DNA of 64,000 nucleotides from Candidatus Poribacteria bacterium (GTDB lineage: Bacteria > Poribacteria > WGA-4E > GCA-2687025): assembly GCA_963665845.2 (NCBI GenBank), contig OY762492.1, positions 128,001 through 192,000 of the forward strand, in the 5' to 3' direction. The translations under genes were made by a program, and so were the position numbers. The notes below the pieces were generated by a model. The model was not told the origin of the DNA, searched no databases, and saw only the letters and a program-made list of their open reading frames with translations. Below, piece by piece: positions 39,425-49,381 of this stretch; within the stretch, counting starts at the first letter, position 1; each line of letters opens with the position of its first letter.

Positions 39425-40543
39425 TCAAACTTCCCGCGTTTCAAAGTCGATGCGCGGGTCGACGAAGGCGTAGGTCAGGTCGCTGACAAGCGTCGTCAGC
39501 AAGCCCAGCAGGGAGAAAAAATAAAGCGTCGCAAAGACGATCGGATAGTCGCGGTTGATGGCGGCTTCGTATCCGAGCAAGCCGAGTCCGTTCAGGGAGA
39601 AGATCACCTCGATGAGCAGCGAACTGGTGAAGAAGACGCTGATGAAGGCGCCGGGGAAGCCGGCAATCACAATCAGCATCGCGTTTCTAAAAATATGCCC
39701 GTAGAGTACGCGCTTTTCGGTCAGCCCCTTCGCGCGGGCGGTGACGACATACTGGAGCCGTATCTGGTCGATGAACGAGTTTTTAGTGAGAAGCGTCAGT
39801 GTGGCGAAACCGCCGATGACCATCGCGGAAACCGGCAGGGCGAGATGCCACAGATAATCCGCAATTTGCATAAAGAAACCCATGTCGCTCCAGTTGTCCG
39901 ACACGAGACCTTGAAGCGGAAACAATGAAAAGTAACGCCCGCCGGCAAAAAACACAATCAGCAGCAGCGCAAAAAGAAAACCTGGAACGGCGTATCCGAC
40001 CGTGACGAAACCGCTGGTCACAAGGTCGAACCGAGAGCCGTCCCGCGCCGCCTTGACGATGCCGAGAGGTATCGAGACCAGATAAACGATGAGCGTCGTC
40101 CAAAGCCCCAGCGACATGGAAACGGGCAGCCGTTCGATGACAAGGTCGACCACCTTTCGCCCGATGAAAAAACTTTCCCCAAAATCGAACATCAGATAGC
40201 TTTTCACCATCAGAAAAAAGCGGACATGGACAGGCTTGTCCATCCCGTACATCCGCTCAATCTCTTTGATGAGGTCGGGGTCAAGTCCGCGCGCGCCTCG
40301 ATATTTTGAAGCGGCTTCCCCGCCGGTCGCCGCTTGATTCAGGCGCTGTTGTTGAGAACTGGTGGAGTCGGCTCCGGCGCTGGTGAAACGGCTTGTGGCG
40401 TCCACCTCGTTGCCGGCAATCTCGGCGACAATCCGCTCAACCGGACCGCCCGGCGCCGCCTGCACCACCAGAAAATTGATCAGGATGATGCCGAACAAGG
40501 TCGGCACAATCAGAAGAAGACGGCGGACAATATAGGCGCCCAT
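39425..40543 (-). CDS. yejB: Peptide ABC transporter permease (YejB-like)
   Basis: [41 protein letters not shown]; ATG 40543 with AGGAG RBS. Confidence 0.9.
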   Translation of the reverse strand: MGAYIVRRLLLIVPTLFGIILINFLVVQAAPGGPVERIVAEIAGNEVDATSRFTSAGADSTSSQQQRLNQAATGGEAASKYRGARGLDPDLIKEIERMYGMDKPVHVRFFLMVKSYLMFDFGESFFIGRKVVDLVIERLPVSMSLGLWTTLIVYLVSIPLGIVKAARDGSRFDLVTSGFVTVGYAVPGFLFALLLIVFFAGGRYFSLFPLQGLVSDNWSDMGFFMQIADYLWHLALPVSAMVIGGFATLTLLTKNSFIDQIRLQYVVTARAKGLTEKRVLYGHIFRNAMLIVIAGFPGAFISVFFTSSLLIEVIFSLNGLGLLGYEAAINRDYPIVFATLYFFSLLGLLTTLVSDLTYAFVDPRIDFETREV

Positions 40544-40598
40544 CCGCTTTACGCTCCTCTTCTTAAAATGAGGAAGACGATGCGCCGACTCTCCCTGT

Positions 40599-41429
40599 TC
40601 ATAAGCCGAAAAACCTTCCGGCAAGCTGTTTCAGCTGCGCGGAGATGTTGGCAAGGCGGTTCTTGGCGGCGGCGATCTTCGTTTCCAGCTCGCGCCGCAG
40701 GTCTGCCAGCATGTCTTCGCCGCGCTCCTTCGCCTGCTCAACCGACTCTTTCAAGCGGTAGGCGTCGCGCGTTTTGAACCGATCGATTTCGCGCTGGAGC
40801 TGACGCGCGGCGCGGTCCAATTTCAGATATTCTCGGTAAAGGCGCCGCTCCTGCTGATTCGGCTGCTCCTCTTCAGGCGCGCTGTCCGCTTCTTCCAGCG
40901 TCGCCGCCAGCTGCTCCAAACGGGACAGATCGCCCGATTCATATGCGGTATTGATGAGCGCCATCACCCGCTTTAACTCCTCTTTCGACTCGCCGCTGTC
41001 CGCCTTGTCCGGATGGTAACGCTTCGCCAGCTTCAGATAAAACGCGCGCATTCTGCGCGACGGCTTCGGCGCGGACGGCTTTTCAGGCGGGGGCTTCGCC
41101 TCGCCGTTCTCCTCCACCTTCCGGCGCTCCACCCGAAACATGCGCTTGACCCGCTTCTCAAGCGAACGTTCGTCATGAACGTCGCCCCGCTCAATCAGGC
41201 GCGCCTTGTAAAGCAGCTCCTTGATCTCCAGCTGAACCCGATCCAGCTCCCCGTAGAGGCGCCCGACCTTCGCGCTGTACTCATGCTCAAACGCGGTCAG
41301 CTCCTCCTCAAGACGCTGCCGCTCTAGGCTCAACTGCAGCGTCTCTTGCCGGCGGGCGGCGATCTTCTCGCGGTAGTCGTCGATGCGCCGCTGCTGGTCG
41401 GAGATGCGCCGGGCAATCTGCGCGCTCAT
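40599..41429 (-). CDS. Coiled-coil protein with internal J-domain
   Basis: [11 protein letters not shown]...MALINTAYE flanked by long coiled coils. Confidence 0.85.
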   Translation of the reverse strand: MSAQIARRISDQQRRIDDYREKIAARRQETLQLSLERQRLEEELTAFEHEYSAKVGRLYGELDRVQLEIKELLYKARLIERGDVHDERSLEKRVKRMFRVERRKVEENGEAKPPPEKPSAPKPSRRMRAFYLKLAKRYHPDKADSGESKEELKRVMALINTAYESGDLSRLEQLAATLEEADSAPEEEQPNQQERRLYREYLKLDRAARQLQREIDRFKTRDAYRLKESVEQAKERGEDMLADLRRELETKIAAAKNRLANISAQLKQLAGRFFGL

Positions 41430-42163
41430 CGCTTCGTCAAGAGGCGCGCCAGCTCCGTCGGCAGCGGCACAACCGTTGTTTCGTTGTTTTCAGACGCCAC
41501 CTCCGAGAGGCTCTGCAAAAAACGCAGATGCAGCGCAAACGGCTCCTGCGACAGGATCTGCGCCGACTGCGACAAACGCTCCGCCGCCGACAGCTCCCCC
41601 TCCGCATGAATCACCTTCGCCCGACGTTCCCGTTCCGCCTCGGCGCGTCGGGCGAGAACGCGCTTCATATCCTCCGGCAGGATCACATCCTTCATTTCAA
41701 CCGACAAAATCTGAATGCCCCAGCCGCTCACCTGCTCCGAAATGATCGCCTGTATGTCGTCCGCAAGACGCTCCTGCTCCGTCAAAACGGCGTCCAGATC
41801 CGCGGCTCCAAGGGCGCTCCGAAGCGCCGTCTGCGATGCCTGCGACGTGGCGAACGGCGCGTCCTCCACCGCCAAGACCGACTGCTCAGGGTCGACAACG
41901 CGGCGGTAAAGAACCGCGTTCACCGTGATCGAAACGCTGTCGCGCGTGATGACATCCTGCGGCGGTATGTCCTCGGTCTGAATGCGCAAATCGGCCTTCA
42001 CCGCGCGGTCGATGAACGGGATCAGCAGGACGAGACCCGGCCCCTTCACCTTCACAAACTTTCCGAGGCGGAAGATGACAGCGCGCTCATACTCCTGAAA
42101 CACTCGAAATGTGTTGTAAAGCAGCGCCGCGGCGGCCGCAGCCGGCAGCAACCATTGCCACAT
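41426..42163 (-). CDS. SPFH/stomatin (slipin) family membrane protein
   Basis: EYERAVIFRLG, QDVITRD, QTALRSALG, AEAERERRAKVIHAEGE. Confidence 0.93.
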   Translation of the reverse strand: MWQWLLPAAAAAALLYNTFRVFQEYERAVIFRLGKFVKVKGPGLVLLIPFIDRAVKADLRIQTEDIPPQDVITRDSVSITVNAVLYRRVVDPEQSVLAVEDAPFATSQASQTALRSALGAADLDAVLTEQERLADDIQAIISEQVSGWGIQILSVEMKDVILPEDMKRVLARRAEAERERRAKVIHAEGELSAAERLSQSAQILSQEPFALHLRFLQSLSEVASENNETTVVPLPTELARLLTKR

Positions 42164-42175
42164 GAGAGACGCCCC

Positions 42176-42865
42176 TTAGGGTGAGAGTAGCCGCTCAAGC
42201 GTTTCTAAGGTCATGCCCTCCAGCGAGTCGACGACCGCGTCCGCCTCCGTCAACCGCTCCGGCGGGTAGGTGTTGCAGACGCCGAGGGCGCGCATGCCCG
42301 CCGCCTTGCCCGCGCGGATGCCGATGTCCGTGTCTTCAATGACGACGCATTCGCTGGGCTTGATCTCCATGCCGCGCTTTTTGTTGATGAGCGCGCATGC
42401 TTCCAGATAGGTTTCAGGGTCCGGCTTGCTGTTGAGAACCATATCGGCGCCGACCGCGCCGACAAACAGACGCGCGATCCCATGCGCGTTCAAGATCGCC
42501 ATGATCTCGCCGTATAAAGCCCCCGAACCGATGGCGACCGGCAGCCGCTCCGACAGCCGCTCAACGCATTCGCGGACGCCGGGGAAAAGAGGCGCGCCCT
42601 TCTCCGCCAGCTGTTCATACCGCTTCGCCTTGTTGCGCATCAGCTGTCCGTACAAGCCGCCTCTCGGCTGCGGACGCCCGGCGCGTTCAAAGGCGGCGCG
42701 AATCGTGTCCCGATCCGACAGCGCGATGTAGATGTTGTTGTAATCCTCTTCCGTCACGCGGATGCCGATCTCGTCAAACACATCGACGAACGCCTGAAAA
42801 TGCAGCGTCTCCGTGTCGGCGATGACGCCGTCAAAATCGAACAGAACGGCGCGGATCGAACTCAC
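42176..42865 (-). CDS. HAD-IA phosphatase (beta-PGM/CbbY-like)
   Basis: FDFDGVIADTE, SKPDPETY, VIEDT. Confidence 0.9.
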   Translation of the reverse strand: MSSIRAVLFDFDGVIADTETLHFQAFVDVFDEIGIRVTEEDYNNIYIALSDRDTIRAAFERAGRPQPRGGLYGQLMRNKAKRYEQLAEKGAPLFPGVRECVERLSERLPVAIGSGALYGEIMAILNAHGIARLFVGAVGADMVLNSKPDPETYLEACALINKKRGMEIKPSECVVIEDTDIGIRAGKAAGMRALGVCNTYPPERLTEADAVVDSLEGMTLETLERLLSP

Positions 42866-42867
42866 GA

Positions 42868-43380
42868 TTAGGCGCCGCGCACCGCCGCGACCGCCGCGTC
42901 GTAATCCGGCTCGTCGACCGTCTCCGGCACAATCTGCTTATAGACCACCTTGCCGTCCTTGACGACCCAGACGCTGCGCGCCAAGACGCCCAGCTCGTCA
43001 ATCCGAACGCCGTAGGACAAGCCGAAGGAGTGGTCGCGGTAGTCGGACAGATAGGTCAGGTTCTCCGCCTCCGCCTCTTCCGCCCATCGACCCTGCGCAG
43101 TCGGCAGGTCCATGCTGACGGTCAGGACGACCGCGGCGTCTCCCAGTTCGCCGGCGATCTCATTGAAACGGCGGCTCTGCGCGTTGCAGACGCCGGTATC
43201 CAGCGACGGAACGACGCTCAAAACGACCGTCTGATCCGCATAGTCGCTCAGCTCGGCAAAATCGCCGAGGCCGTTGGCGATTTTAAAGTTGGGCGCGTTG
43301 TCGCCGACCTTCACTTCATCGCCGACCAGCGTCAGCGGGCCGCCCTGAAAAGTGATGATGCCGGTATGTTTTGTGGGCAT
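42868..43380 (-). CDS. tpx: Thiol peroxidase (Tpx)
   Basis: ITFQGGPLTL, VVPSLDTGVC, SMDLP, EPDYD. Confidence 0.92.
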   Translation of the reverse strand: MPTKHTGIITFQGGPLTLVGDEVKVGDNAPNFKIANGLGDFAELSDYADQTVVLSVVPSLDTGVCNAQSRRFNEIAGELGDAAVVLTVSMDLPTAQGRWAEEAEAENLTYLSDYRDHSFGLSYGVRIDELGVLARSVWVVKDGKVVYKQIVPETVDEPDYDAAVAAVRGA

Positions 43381-43466
43381 GCGAGGCTCCTTGTCTTACC
43401 TGTGCGAGACGATTCAGAACGTCTTAACGATACCCGCCATGCGCCGGCGTTTCAAGCTTCCGTTTC

Positions 43467-43744
43467 CTGACATCATGCCTAAAGTTGGAACAGCTGAAAG
43501 ACGAAAGCCTTTATTCATGGGAAAAGGCTTCGCCAGCCAGACCGTTCCCCGCTTCCGCGAGGACATGCATTCCGCGTAAGCGGGAATCTAGAGGCGCCGC
43601 AGACGACGTCCGCGTTCGCCAGGCGGAACGTTCCAAATCCTGCGCTCTCAAGCCCCCCTTTAAACCCCCCTAGCCCCCCTTTTCAAGGGGGGAATCCAGA
43701 GGCGCCGCAGACGACGTTTGCGTCCGCCCGCCGGCATGACGTCT
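43467..43744. repeat. Composite MITE/REP/family-2 cluster
   Basis: Begins CTGACATCATGCC; 43467-43618 parallels 9892-10020; family-2 hairpin at 43662-43696; no target duplication found. Confidence 0.8.
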
Positions 43745-43776
43745 TACCGCAGGGGCGGGCGGCTTCTGCGGCGCCG

Positions 43777-45387
43777 TTATCGATATGCAGCGCGGTCTTT
43801 CCGAAGCGCCATCCAGACCGAGACCCCCATTCCAACAATGACAAAGGCAAACGGAAAGCCGATGGCGAGCGCGGCGGCTTGCATTGCTTTCAGCCCTCCG
43901 CCGAGCAGAAGCGCGATGGCGACCAGCCCTTCAGCGCTGCACCAAAAGACGCGCTGCGCCGCCGGGGCGTCCAACTTCCCGCCCGCGGTGATCGTGTCCA
44001 CCACCAGCGAGCCGGAATCGGACGAGGTGACGAAAAAGATGGCGAGGAGAACGATGCTGACAAAGGAAGCGATCTGCGTCAACGGCAGCCGCTCAAACAT
44101 TTTGAAGAGCGCAATCTCATACGACCCCGCTTCAACCTGCTCCATGACGCCGGTATAGCCCTCGGTCAGATACTGGTGGATGGCGGTTCCGCCGAAGATG
44201 CTCATGCATAGCAGGGTGATCAGCAGCGGCAGGATCAGCACGCAGAATATAAACTGACGCACGGTGCGCCCCTTTGAAATGCGCGCGATGAACATTCCAA
44301 CAAACGGACCCCAGAGAATCCACCATGCTAAGTGAAACGCCGACCAGTCATGAATAAAATAGCTGTCTGTTCGCCCTACCCAGTTGCTGAACGGGACGAT
44401 GTTAGCGGCGTAGGCGCCGAGTCCTCGGATGAAGTCGTTGAAAATAGCGGCTGTCGGACCGACGCAGACCACAAATAAAAACAGCGCCGACGTAATGCCG
44501 ATATTGATCTGGCTGAGCCGCTTGATGCCGACATCGATCCCGCTAAGGACCGAAGCCATCGCGGCGGCGGTAATCAACGCAATCAGCGTCACCTTAACGG
44601 CATCCGTAGCGGGAATGCCGAATAAGTAGTTCAGCCCGGCGGTCACCTGTTCCGCCCCCAGCCCGAGCGACGGCGCGAGTCCGAACAATGTTGCGAACAC
44701 AGCGAGCGTATCGATCAGATGGCCCGACCAGCCCCATACGCGGTCGCCGAGCAGCGGATAGAAGGCAGAACGCAGGGCGAGCGGCAGCCCCCTGTTGTAT
44801 GTAAAATACGCGATGGCAAGTCCAACGACCGCATAGACAGCCCATCCGTGCAGTCCCCAGTGGAAGGCGACCGATGCGAAACTCATCGTTCGAGCGGCTC
44901 TCGCGTCGGGGTTGGCTATGTCGGGCGGAGTTTCTACGTCATAAACTTTGGTCATGTTGAACGGCGGATTCTGAAAATGCTCAACCGGCTCCGCGACGCC
45001 GAAATAGACGAGACCGATCGCTAAGCCCGCTGAAAACAGCATCGCAATCCATGTGATTGTCGAATAATCGGGCTTTGCGTCCCGCCCGCCAAGACGAATT
45101 TTGCCGAGCGGCGAGACCGTCAGATAGAGGCAAAACAACACAAGCAGGCTGCAGGTAATCATGAACAGCCAGTCCAAGCGCGTTGTGATCCATACCCGGA
45201 TATTCTCAAAAACAACGTCCGCTTTTTCTTGGAACAGCAGCGTCGCAAGGACAAATACGGCGATGGAAATGCTGGATGTCAGGAATACCGGCGCATTGAT
45301 GTCCAGCCCAAATATCTGGAGGTTGTCCTGACCGACCTGGTAATCCGTCGTCTCTTCCGGTTTTGACGCCATCTCATTTTCGTTCAC
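43777..45387 (-). CDS. BCCT family (betaine/choline/carnitine) transporter
   Basis: WIAMLFSAG, FHWGLHGWAVY, GMFIARISKGRTVR, FFVTSSDSGS. Confidence 0.95.
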   Translation of the reverse strand: MNENEMASKPEETTDYQVGQDNLQIFGLDINAPVFLTSSISIAVFVLATLLFQEKADVVFENIRVWITTRLDWLFMITCSLLVLFCLYLTVSPLGKIRLGGRDAKPDYSTITWIAMLFSAGLAIGLVYFGVAEPVEHFQNPPFNMTKVYDVETPPDIANPDARAARTMSFASVAFHWGLHGWAVYAVVGLAIAYFTYNRGLPLALRSAFYPLLGDRVWGWSGHLIDTLAVFATLFGLAPSLGLGAEQVTAGLNYLFGIPATDAVKVTLIALITAAAMASVLSGIDVGIKRLSQINIGITSALFLFVVCVGPTAAIFNDFIRGLGAYAANIVPFSNWVGRTDSYFIHDWSAFHLAWWILWGPFVGMFIARISKGRTVRQFIFCVLILPLLITLLCMSIFGGTAIHQYLTEGYTGVMEQVEAGSYEIALFKMFERLPLTQIASFVSIVLLAIFFVTSSDSGSLVVDTITAGGKLDAPAAQRVFWCSAEGLVAIALLLGGGLKAMQAAALAIGFPFAFVIVGMGVSVWMALRKDRAAYR

Positions 45388-45565
45388 TAAAGTCTCCTTT
45401 CGCCGCCTTGCGAGAACTTACGCGCTTCGGACGCATTATACAACAGCGGGCGGCGCGGCGCCTTCGGAAAAATCACATGCGGGAATCTCAGGCGGCAGAA
45501 TTTGCGTTTCCCGCAAAAAAGCGCCATACTGCCTTAAAGGGCGGCGTTTGCCGTTATGAAACCTG

Positions 45566-46366
45566 TTGGAGGAACCGCCGATCATGAAACGATTCTGGAT
45601 TGCCGCGGCAGCCGCGTTCTTTGCCGCGTTCTCGGCTCTGGCGGTCGATTTTTATGCGTCGGGCGAAGAAAGAGACGAAAAAAAAGCGACGATCGACCTT
45701 GTCAAATTCATCGGCAAAGCTCCGCCCCCCGTCGGCAAATTTGAGGGCAAGACGCAAAAAGCGTCCGCCCATGTGAACATCAAAGACATGAGCGACCTGG
45801 CGGCGGGCGCGCGGGCAATCTTCCGCGTCGACCTCGCGTCGATCAAAACAGGCATGAGGCAGCGCGACACCGATATGCGCGACAAATACCTCCATACAGA
45901 CGAACATCCGTACGCCGAATTCATGCTGGAGAAGATCTCCGCTGTCTATACGGTCAAAGAGGAGGACGGAAAGAAAACAAAGACGCCGGTCAAGGGGCTT
46001 GCGCCGGGCGTCGAAACGCATCTGGACGCGGAAGGTACGCTTCTGATCCGCGGCGTCAAAAAACAGATACAGCTGAAAGGTTTACGGGTTACATACACGC
46101 CGGAAAGCGAGGAAACGAAAAAGATTCGCAAGGGCGGTCTGCTGAAAGCGGTCGGATCGTTTGAGATCGATATGACCGATTACGGCGTCAAGCAACCGCG
46201 CCTCACGCGGTTCTTTACGGTGGAGAAAAAGGTCCAGATTGAGTTCAACATGGTCTTAGGAACCGGCGAAAAGAAAACGCTTACTCTCCCTAAAGAAAAC
46301 GAAGAAGAGAAAGAGGCAGAAACGCCCAAACCTGAATCGGCGCCCGCGGAAAACGAAGCTCCATGA
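45566..46366 (+). CDS. Secreted YceI-family protein
   Basis: Signal peptide; VDLASIKTGMRQRDTDMRDKYLHTDEHP, GTLLIRGV, TDYGV. Confidence 0.85.
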   Translation: MEEPPIMKRFWIAAAAAFFAAFSALAVDFYASGEERDEKKATIDLVKFIGKAPPPVGKFEGKTQKASAHVNIKDMSDLAAGARAIFRVDLASIKTGMRQRDTDMRDKYLHTDEHPYAEFMLEKISAVYTVKEEDGKKTKTPVKGLAPGVETHLDAEGTLLIRGVKKQIQLKGLRVTYTPESEETKKIRKGGLLKAVGSFEIDMTDYGVKQPRLTRFFTVEKKVQIEFNMVLGTGEKKTLTLPKENEEEKEAETPKPESAPAENEAP

Positions 46367-47544
46367 CGACGCGGGGCAGAAGACGCGGAACGTTCGCATG
46401 CATCCTTGGAGCGGTTCTATTGTGCGCCTCCGTTTCAGCGGAAGAGAACGCGCCGGCAGAGCGGGCTAACGCGGAGGAAAGCCGCGCTGTTGAAACGCCT
46501 GAAGCGGAAACCGCCGCCAAACCGAGCGAGAAGCTGATAGAGCAGGTTTGGGAAGGATACAGCGTCTTTTTTCCAGACGACACGCGCCATTCCATTCCCC
46601 TAGAGAACATCTACCCAGGCGCGCCCATCGACATGATCCCCGCCCTGACGCGCCCAAAGATGCTTGCCGCCGACGACGCGGATTATCTGAACGACAGCGA
46701 ATCGGTCATCGGAATCGAAATCAACGGAGACGCGCGCGCCTATCCGCTGCGCGTCATGCGGTGGCATGAGATCGTGAACGACATCGTCGGCGAGAGGTTC
46801 GTATCGATTACATACTGCCCTCTCTGCGGAACCGGCATGGCGTTCGATTCGAACATCAACGGCAGAATGGGACGGTTCGGCGTGTCGGGCTTGCTCCATA
46901 ACAACGGACTCCTCATGTACAACCGCGGCGCGGACGTCCCCTCTTTGTGGCAGCAGGCGCAGGGAAAGGCGGTCGCCGGTCCGTTGACCGGAACGCAGCT
47001 GGAGTTCCTGCCCGTAACGCATACCTCATGGGGCGAATGGAAAGCGCGCCATCCGCAAACGACCGTCCTGAGCATTGAAACGGGGCATCAGCGCAACTAC
47101 GACATGAACCCGTATAAAGATTATGAGCGGGAAGAGCAGCCCTATTTTCCGATGAGCGCCATTCGCGGCGGCATGCCTTTAAAGACATGGGTGTACGGCG
47201 TCGTCGTCAACGGGCGGGCGCGGGCGTATCCTGTCGCGCAGCTCAAAACGAAGCGGGCAACGCATGACAAGCTGGGCGAAACGAACCTGCTGCTGATTGT
47301 CGGAAGCGGGGAGGAGCCGAACGCGCGCGCCTACCTTCGAGGCGCCCATTCGTTTTATTTTAAAGGAGAACAACTGACGGACGAAAGGGACAGAGCTTGG
47401 GAAATGACGGAAGCGGCGCTGAAGGGTCCGGACGGCGAGGAGCTGCCGCGCGTCGCGTCGGCGTTTGCGTCGTACTGGTTTGCATGGGCGGCGTTTTACC
47501 CGCATACCGACATTTACGACATCTACAACAGCAAAGCGCCTTAA
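46363..47544 (+). CDS. Secreted DUF3179-family protein
   Basis: ARAYPL...WHEIVND, YCPLCGTG, FGVSGLL, SLWQQ, YWFAWAAFYP. Confidence 0.85.
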   Translation: MTTRGRRRGTFACILGAVLLCASVSAEENAPAERANAEESRAVETPEAETAAKPSEKLIEQVWEGYSVFFPDDTRHSIPLENIYPGAPIDMIPALTRPKMLAADDADYLNDSESVIGIEINGDARAYPLRVMRWHEIVNDIVGERFVSITYCPLCGTGMAFDSNINGRMGRFGVSGLLHNNGLLMYNRGADVPSLWQQAQGKAVAGPLTGTQLEFLPVTHTSWGEWKARHPQTTVLSIETGHQRNYDMNPYKDYEREEQPYFPMSAIRGGMPLKTWVYGVVVNGRARAYPVAQLKTKRATHDKLGETNLLLIVGSGEEPNARAYLRGAHSFYFKGEQLTDERDRAWEMTEAALKGPDGEELPRVASAFASYWFAWAAFYPHTDIYDIYNSKAP

Positions 47545-47562
47545 CCAAAAGAAAGGAAACGG

Positions 47563-48351
47563 ATGGGTTCATTCAGAGCGTCGGCGGAAGACGCGGCAAG
47601 GTTCAACAAGGACGGGTATCTGCTCGTCCGCGGCATGTTTGACAAAGAGGAGATGTCGCTGCTTCACCAGATCGCCAAAAGCGACATGAAAAAACGAAGC
47701 CGCGTTCATGCGGCGCGCGACGCCGAAGGGCGCGAGAGCAAGCTGTGGCTCTCCAGCGAACCGGGCGAGGACATCTACAACGCGATCGTGCGCTGCGGGC
47801 GCATGGCGGACTCGATGGAGACGCTGATGAACGACGAAGTGTATCTGTACCATTACAAGATGATGGTGAAGGAGCCGGTCGTCGGGGGCGCATGGGAATG
47901 GCATCAGGACTACGGCTACTGGTACCGCAACGGCTGCCTCTATCCGGACATGGCGAGCGTCATGGTGGGGGTTGACCGCGCGTCAAAGGAGAACGGCTGC
48001 CTGCAGGTCATCAAGGGATCGCACCTTTGCGGGCGGGTTGAGCATGGCGTGTCGGGAACGCAGACGGGCGCCGACCCCGCGCGCGTTCAGCTGATGCTGG
48101 AGCATATGGAGCATGTGTATTGCGAGCTGGAGCCTGGGGACGCGCTGTTCTTTCATGCGAACCTGCTGCACTGTTCGGCGCCGAACGAGAGCGACCATCC
48201 GCGCTGGACGCTCATCTGCTGCTACAACACGCGCCATAACCCATGCCGCAACCTGCCAGGACATCCGAGCTACAACCCGATGGAGAAATGGGCGGATGAG
48301 CGCGTGAAAGAGATTGGAGAGGCGCAGCTGGCGGAGGCGCAGAAGGGGTAG
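47563..48351 (+). CDS. PhyH-family Fe(II)/2-oxoglutarate dioxygenase
   Basis: WEWHQDYGYW, ENGCL..GSH, GDALFFH...H.S..N....R. Confidence 0.92.
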   Translation: MGSFRASAEDAARFNKDGYLLVRGMFDKEEMSLLHQIAKSDMKKRSRVHAARDAEGRESKLWLSSEPGEDIYNAIVRCGRMADSMETLMNDEVYLYHYKMMVKEPVVGGAWEWHQDYGYWYRNGCLYPDMASVMVGVDRASKENGCLQVIKGSHLCGRVEHGVSGTQTGADPARVQLMLEHMEHVYCELEPGDALFFHANLLHCSAPNESDHPRWTLICCYNTRHNPCRNLPGHPSYNPMEKWADERVKEIGEAQLAEAQKG

Positions 48352-48354
48352 ACC

Positions 48355-48999
48355 ATGTCGAATCGGAACCGAGGCGAATTGATTGAGGCGGTGGAAACGG
48401 CGAGGGCGCATATTCGCCGCGGAAACGACTACTACGATTCCGGGAAGTTTGAAAAGGCGGTCGCCGAATACAACAAGGCGGTTGAGCTGGAAGCGGAGAT
48501 TGCGCCGCATTTCTGGGGCGGGAATCCGTATGCTGTCGTTTACAACAACCGCGGGGTCTCTTACGAAAACACAGAACAATACGACAAATCGATTTCAGAT
48601 TTTAGTAAAGCCATTGATCTGGAACCAGAGCGCGCGATTTACTACATCAACCGAGGACGCTCTTACGATATGATCGACATCAAAGTCAGAGCGGTTCACG
48701 ATTTTAGCAGGGCGATTCAGCTTGAGCCCGACAACAACGCGGCGTATTTTGGCCGCGCGATGGTTCATTCAGACCTGCGCGAATTGGACAGGGCTGTTGA
48801 AGATATCAACAAGGCGTTAGAGCTCAACCCGCGCGGCCCCGGCGTAGAAACAGTCCATTATTTAGTCCGCGCCGAAACGCGCTTTAAACAACGCAAGTTT
48901 TTCAAGGCGTTTGCGGATCTGTGGATCGCCTTAGCGAGATTGCCGCTCTCTTTATTTCAGCGGGAGTCTGACCAAGACGCTGCATTCAGAAGCGGATGA
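48355..48999 (+). CDS. TPR repeat protein
   Basis: YNNRGVSY, DFSKAIDLEP, YINRG, AYFGRA. Confidence 0.9.
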   Translation: MSNRNRGELIEAVETARAHIRRGNDYYDSGKFEKAVAEYNKAVELEAEIAPHFWGGNPYAVVYNNRGVSYENTEQYDKSISDFSKAIDLEPERAIYYINRGRSYDMIDIKVRAVHDFSRAIQLEPDNNAAYFGRAMVHSDLRELDRAVEDINKALELNPRGPGVETVHYLVRAETRFKQRKFFKAFADLWIALARLPLSLFQRESDQDAAFRSG

Positions 49000-49053
49000 G
49001 CGGAAGTCTCTATAGGCGATGATGTACGAAAATCCTGTTTGAGTTGGGCTATT

Positions 49054-49314
49054 CGTTCCCCGCTTCCCCGTTCCCCGTTTTCACGGGGCATGCTTCACGG
49101 GGGCATGCCCGCTGTCATTGGGCTAATCGTCATTCCCGCGCAAGCGGGAATCCAGAGGCGAACCCAAAACGACCGCGTCCAGCAAAAACCGCCATGCTAC
49201 CCGACATCATCCCGCGCTCCTCCTCGTCATTCCCGCGCAAGCGGGAATCTTAAGGCATCGCAGCCATCGCCCGCGCCTTAAACCCCCCTAGCCCCCCTTT
49301 TCAAGGGGGGAATC
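49054..49314. repeat. Nested REP cluster
   Basis: Nested hairpins 49054-49108; REPs at 49129-49152 and 49226-49249; family-2 hairpin at 49281-49313. Confidence 0.85.
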
Positions 49315-49381
49315 GAGCGCGCCGTTTTACATATGCGGCGCGCCAAGGTACGTTATGCTTATTTCTTAGAAAGAGGACGGC

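Noticed and set aside
43467-43744. Complete MITE with target duplication
   Set aside because: The right end is only loosely similar and the flanks do not match (CGTTTC on the left); kept as a composite repeat.
46363-47544. Selenoprotein form of DUF3179
   Set aside because: The motif is encoded as Cys-Pro-Leu-Cys with no in-frame TGA.
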